Below, piece by piece: positions 62,456 through 64,000 of a stretch of DNA of 64,000 nucleotides (positions are counted from its first letter, which is position 1; every line of letters starts with the position of its first letter). The notes beneath the pieces were generated by a model. It was not told where the DNA came from and made no database searches. It was given only the letters and a program-made list of their open reading frames with translations. Origin of the DNA: Nitrospirales bacterium. Its GTDB lineage: Bacteria > Nitrospirota > Nitrospiria > Nitrospirales > UBA8639. The stretch lies in NCBI GenBank assembly GCA_963555755.3, contig OY820905.2:32001-96000 (forward strand), in the 5' to 3' direction. A program made the translations under genes and the position numbers.

Positions 62456-63352
62456 TCAAACGAATAATTTGCCCATCCGGGCGACCATTTCGTACGCACG
62501 ATCCAAATCAAATTCAGAAAAATCCCTTTCTCGCAATACAGGTTTCAAGCGGGAGTCCAGTTGTCGCCTTAAATGCGTTAAACGGTCTACTCCTATATCG
62601 ATCGGCTCATTGCCGGGTACGGTGAGCTTATATTTTACCAACGTGATTAATTCTTCGTCCTCTGGTTTCAACCCGTGTTTCCTGGCGAGATAATCAAGAT
62701 CGTAGAAATCACGAATCGCAGCTTCCCTCCTTGTTAAGGCTGCTCGAAACTTCTCAGCAGTGGCTTCAGGCTTGGATATTGAATTCACTTCCACAGGGTT
62801 GACTCCTGGGATACCCGATACTGGATCGAGTAGGATCGTTCGCGCTTTGCCAAGCATAGGTGCGGTCAGTAATGGCTCGCGAAGGCTAATTTCGATACGG
62901 ATGTTATTCATTTGGTTATCAAGCAATGAAATATAGCCGACACTGCCACAATACTGTGTCGAATTATTCGCGCCCTCTAATGGTTCTACAATCTGAAAAC
63001 AGCTGAGCCTGTGTGGTAATGCCTGGAAAGCTTCCTTCAGTTCAGTCACTTGCTCTCTTCGCTCTGATCGTGACGAATCAACGGCCATGGGAATGGCAAA
63101 ATCTAGGTCCTCACTCATTCGATAAAAGTCAGCATGCACCTTGGCCAGGCACGTACCTCCCTTAAAAACCAATTGTCTTTCTGCTTGTGATGTCAGATCC
63201 TCCAGTAGGACACTACAAAAGTAGTCTTTTTCGATGAGCCGAGCCGAAAATGCTGTCTCTGCGACAGTCAGATTGACAGCCTCCCGAAATAAATCCGGGT
63301 CCTCATGAAACGTGATCACACGTACCTCATACCATTTCGTTGACGACGACAC
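62456..63352 (-). CDS. abiEii: AbiEii-family nucleotidyltransferase toxin (type IV TA)
   Basis: LIEKDY, LVFKGGTCL, YRMSEDLDF, AEKFRA, RDFYDL. Confidence 0.92.
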   Translation of the reverse strand: MSSSTKWYEVRVITFHEDPDLFREAVNLTVAETAFSARLIEKDYFCSVLLEDLTSQAERQLVFKGGTCLAKVHADFYRMSEDLDFAIPMAVDSSRSERREQVTELKEAFQALPHRLSCFQIVEPLEGANNSTQYCGSVGYISLLDNQMNNIRIEISLREPLLTAPMLGKARTILLDPVSGIPGVNPVEVNSISKPEATAEKFRAALTRREAAIRDFYDLDYLARKHGLKPEDEELITLVKYKLTVPGNEPIDIGVDRLTHLRRQLDSRLKPVLRERDFSEFDLDRAYEMVARMGKLFV

Positions 63353-64000
63353 ACCAATAGCGGTTAACCTTACCTCGTTTTGGAAAACCTGGGATCCATG
63401 GGATAAAACTGGTTGATGGCTCCAATTCCCGAGCCAATTTTCGAAGGAGCAATGGTTTTACGCCTTCTCGTTCCAAGAGCACACCCATGCGCCGAATTGT
63501 TCCTTTATCTCCATATTGCAGAGTGACATTCACCAACTCGGACGCACGGACACGCTTCGCTGATAACTCTTTGCGAATCCACTCATACCCGCGCGGCAAG
63601 CTGTTGAACCGGGACCAGTCATACACAGCGTCCACCAGCGTCCGCACTCGCGAAGAATACACCGCCTTTATGTTCTCCCCCGTCTCAACTTCCTCAATAC
63701 AGCCAAGCCGCTGATCGGCGACCTTGATTAATGTAAGCGCCACAGAGCCGACCCTTCGTTCGCCTGAAACACAGTTGTTATAAGCATAAATGCGGTTAGG
63801 CACTTGTTCGTCGAATCCGTAACGGTTGAATGCATTCGGCCCACAAATCTGAAAACGCCCCCCGCGGTCCTTGATCAAGGTATCTAGCGCGAGAACTTCA
63901 CTGGGACTCCATTTTCCTCCCAACGGTAATCGTGGCGGCACAAGGTATAATCCGCGCCGCACTCGAGCGATCATTCCGACTCGAGCCAATCTGGAAAGAA
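63327..64000 (-). CDS. abiEi: AbiEi-family antitoxin (5' end beyond the window)
   Basis: RVRRGLYLVP, RTLVDAV, RRMGVLLE; overlaps the abiEii start. Confidence 0.85.
   Translation of the reverse strand, partial: LSRLARVGMIARVRRGLYLVPPRLPLGGKWSPSEVLALDTLIKDRGGRFQICGPNAFNRYGFDEQVPNRIYAYNNCVSGERRVGSVALTLIKVADQRLGCIEEVETGENIKAVYSSRVRTLVDAVYDWSRFNSLPRGYEWIRKELSAKRVRASELVNVTLQYGDKGTIRRMGVLLEREGVKPLLLRKLARELEPSTSFIPWIPGFPKRGKVNRYWCVVVNEMV

Overview
Bacterial chromosomal window of about 50% GC. Gene content and repeat style suggest Nitrospirota, but this is an impression only. A short core backbone (tRNA-Ser/serS/rph/rdgB/tRNA-Pro/tRNA-Arg, icd, elaA/roxA/aas, a tRNA nucleotidyltransferase, and a two-component/truncated-globin cluster) sits in a dense patchwork of mobile DNA. 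The mobile DNA comprises five IS6 elements, IS1595, three ISAs1 (two in tandem), a decayed IS110/IS1111, IS91/ISCR oriIS remnants, at least eight MITE families and six toxin-antitoxin modules. Best leads: (1) an IS1111-type IS110 inserted precisely into an IS91-family oriIS, whose 3' non-coding end carries readable bridge-RNA-like guides matching that oriIS and the element's own circle junction, with three empty target sites in the same window; (2) three co-oriented, near-identical 148-bp elements without target-site duplications (TSDs), all six junctions of which cut through unrelated genes, forming a chain of gene fragments; (3) a nested stack of MITEs with an in-window empty-site control and a shared ERIC-like core; (4) foreign genes lying directly behind oriIS ends. 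No CRISPR array, rRNA or reverse transcriptase was seen. All calls are by eye, with no database searches.
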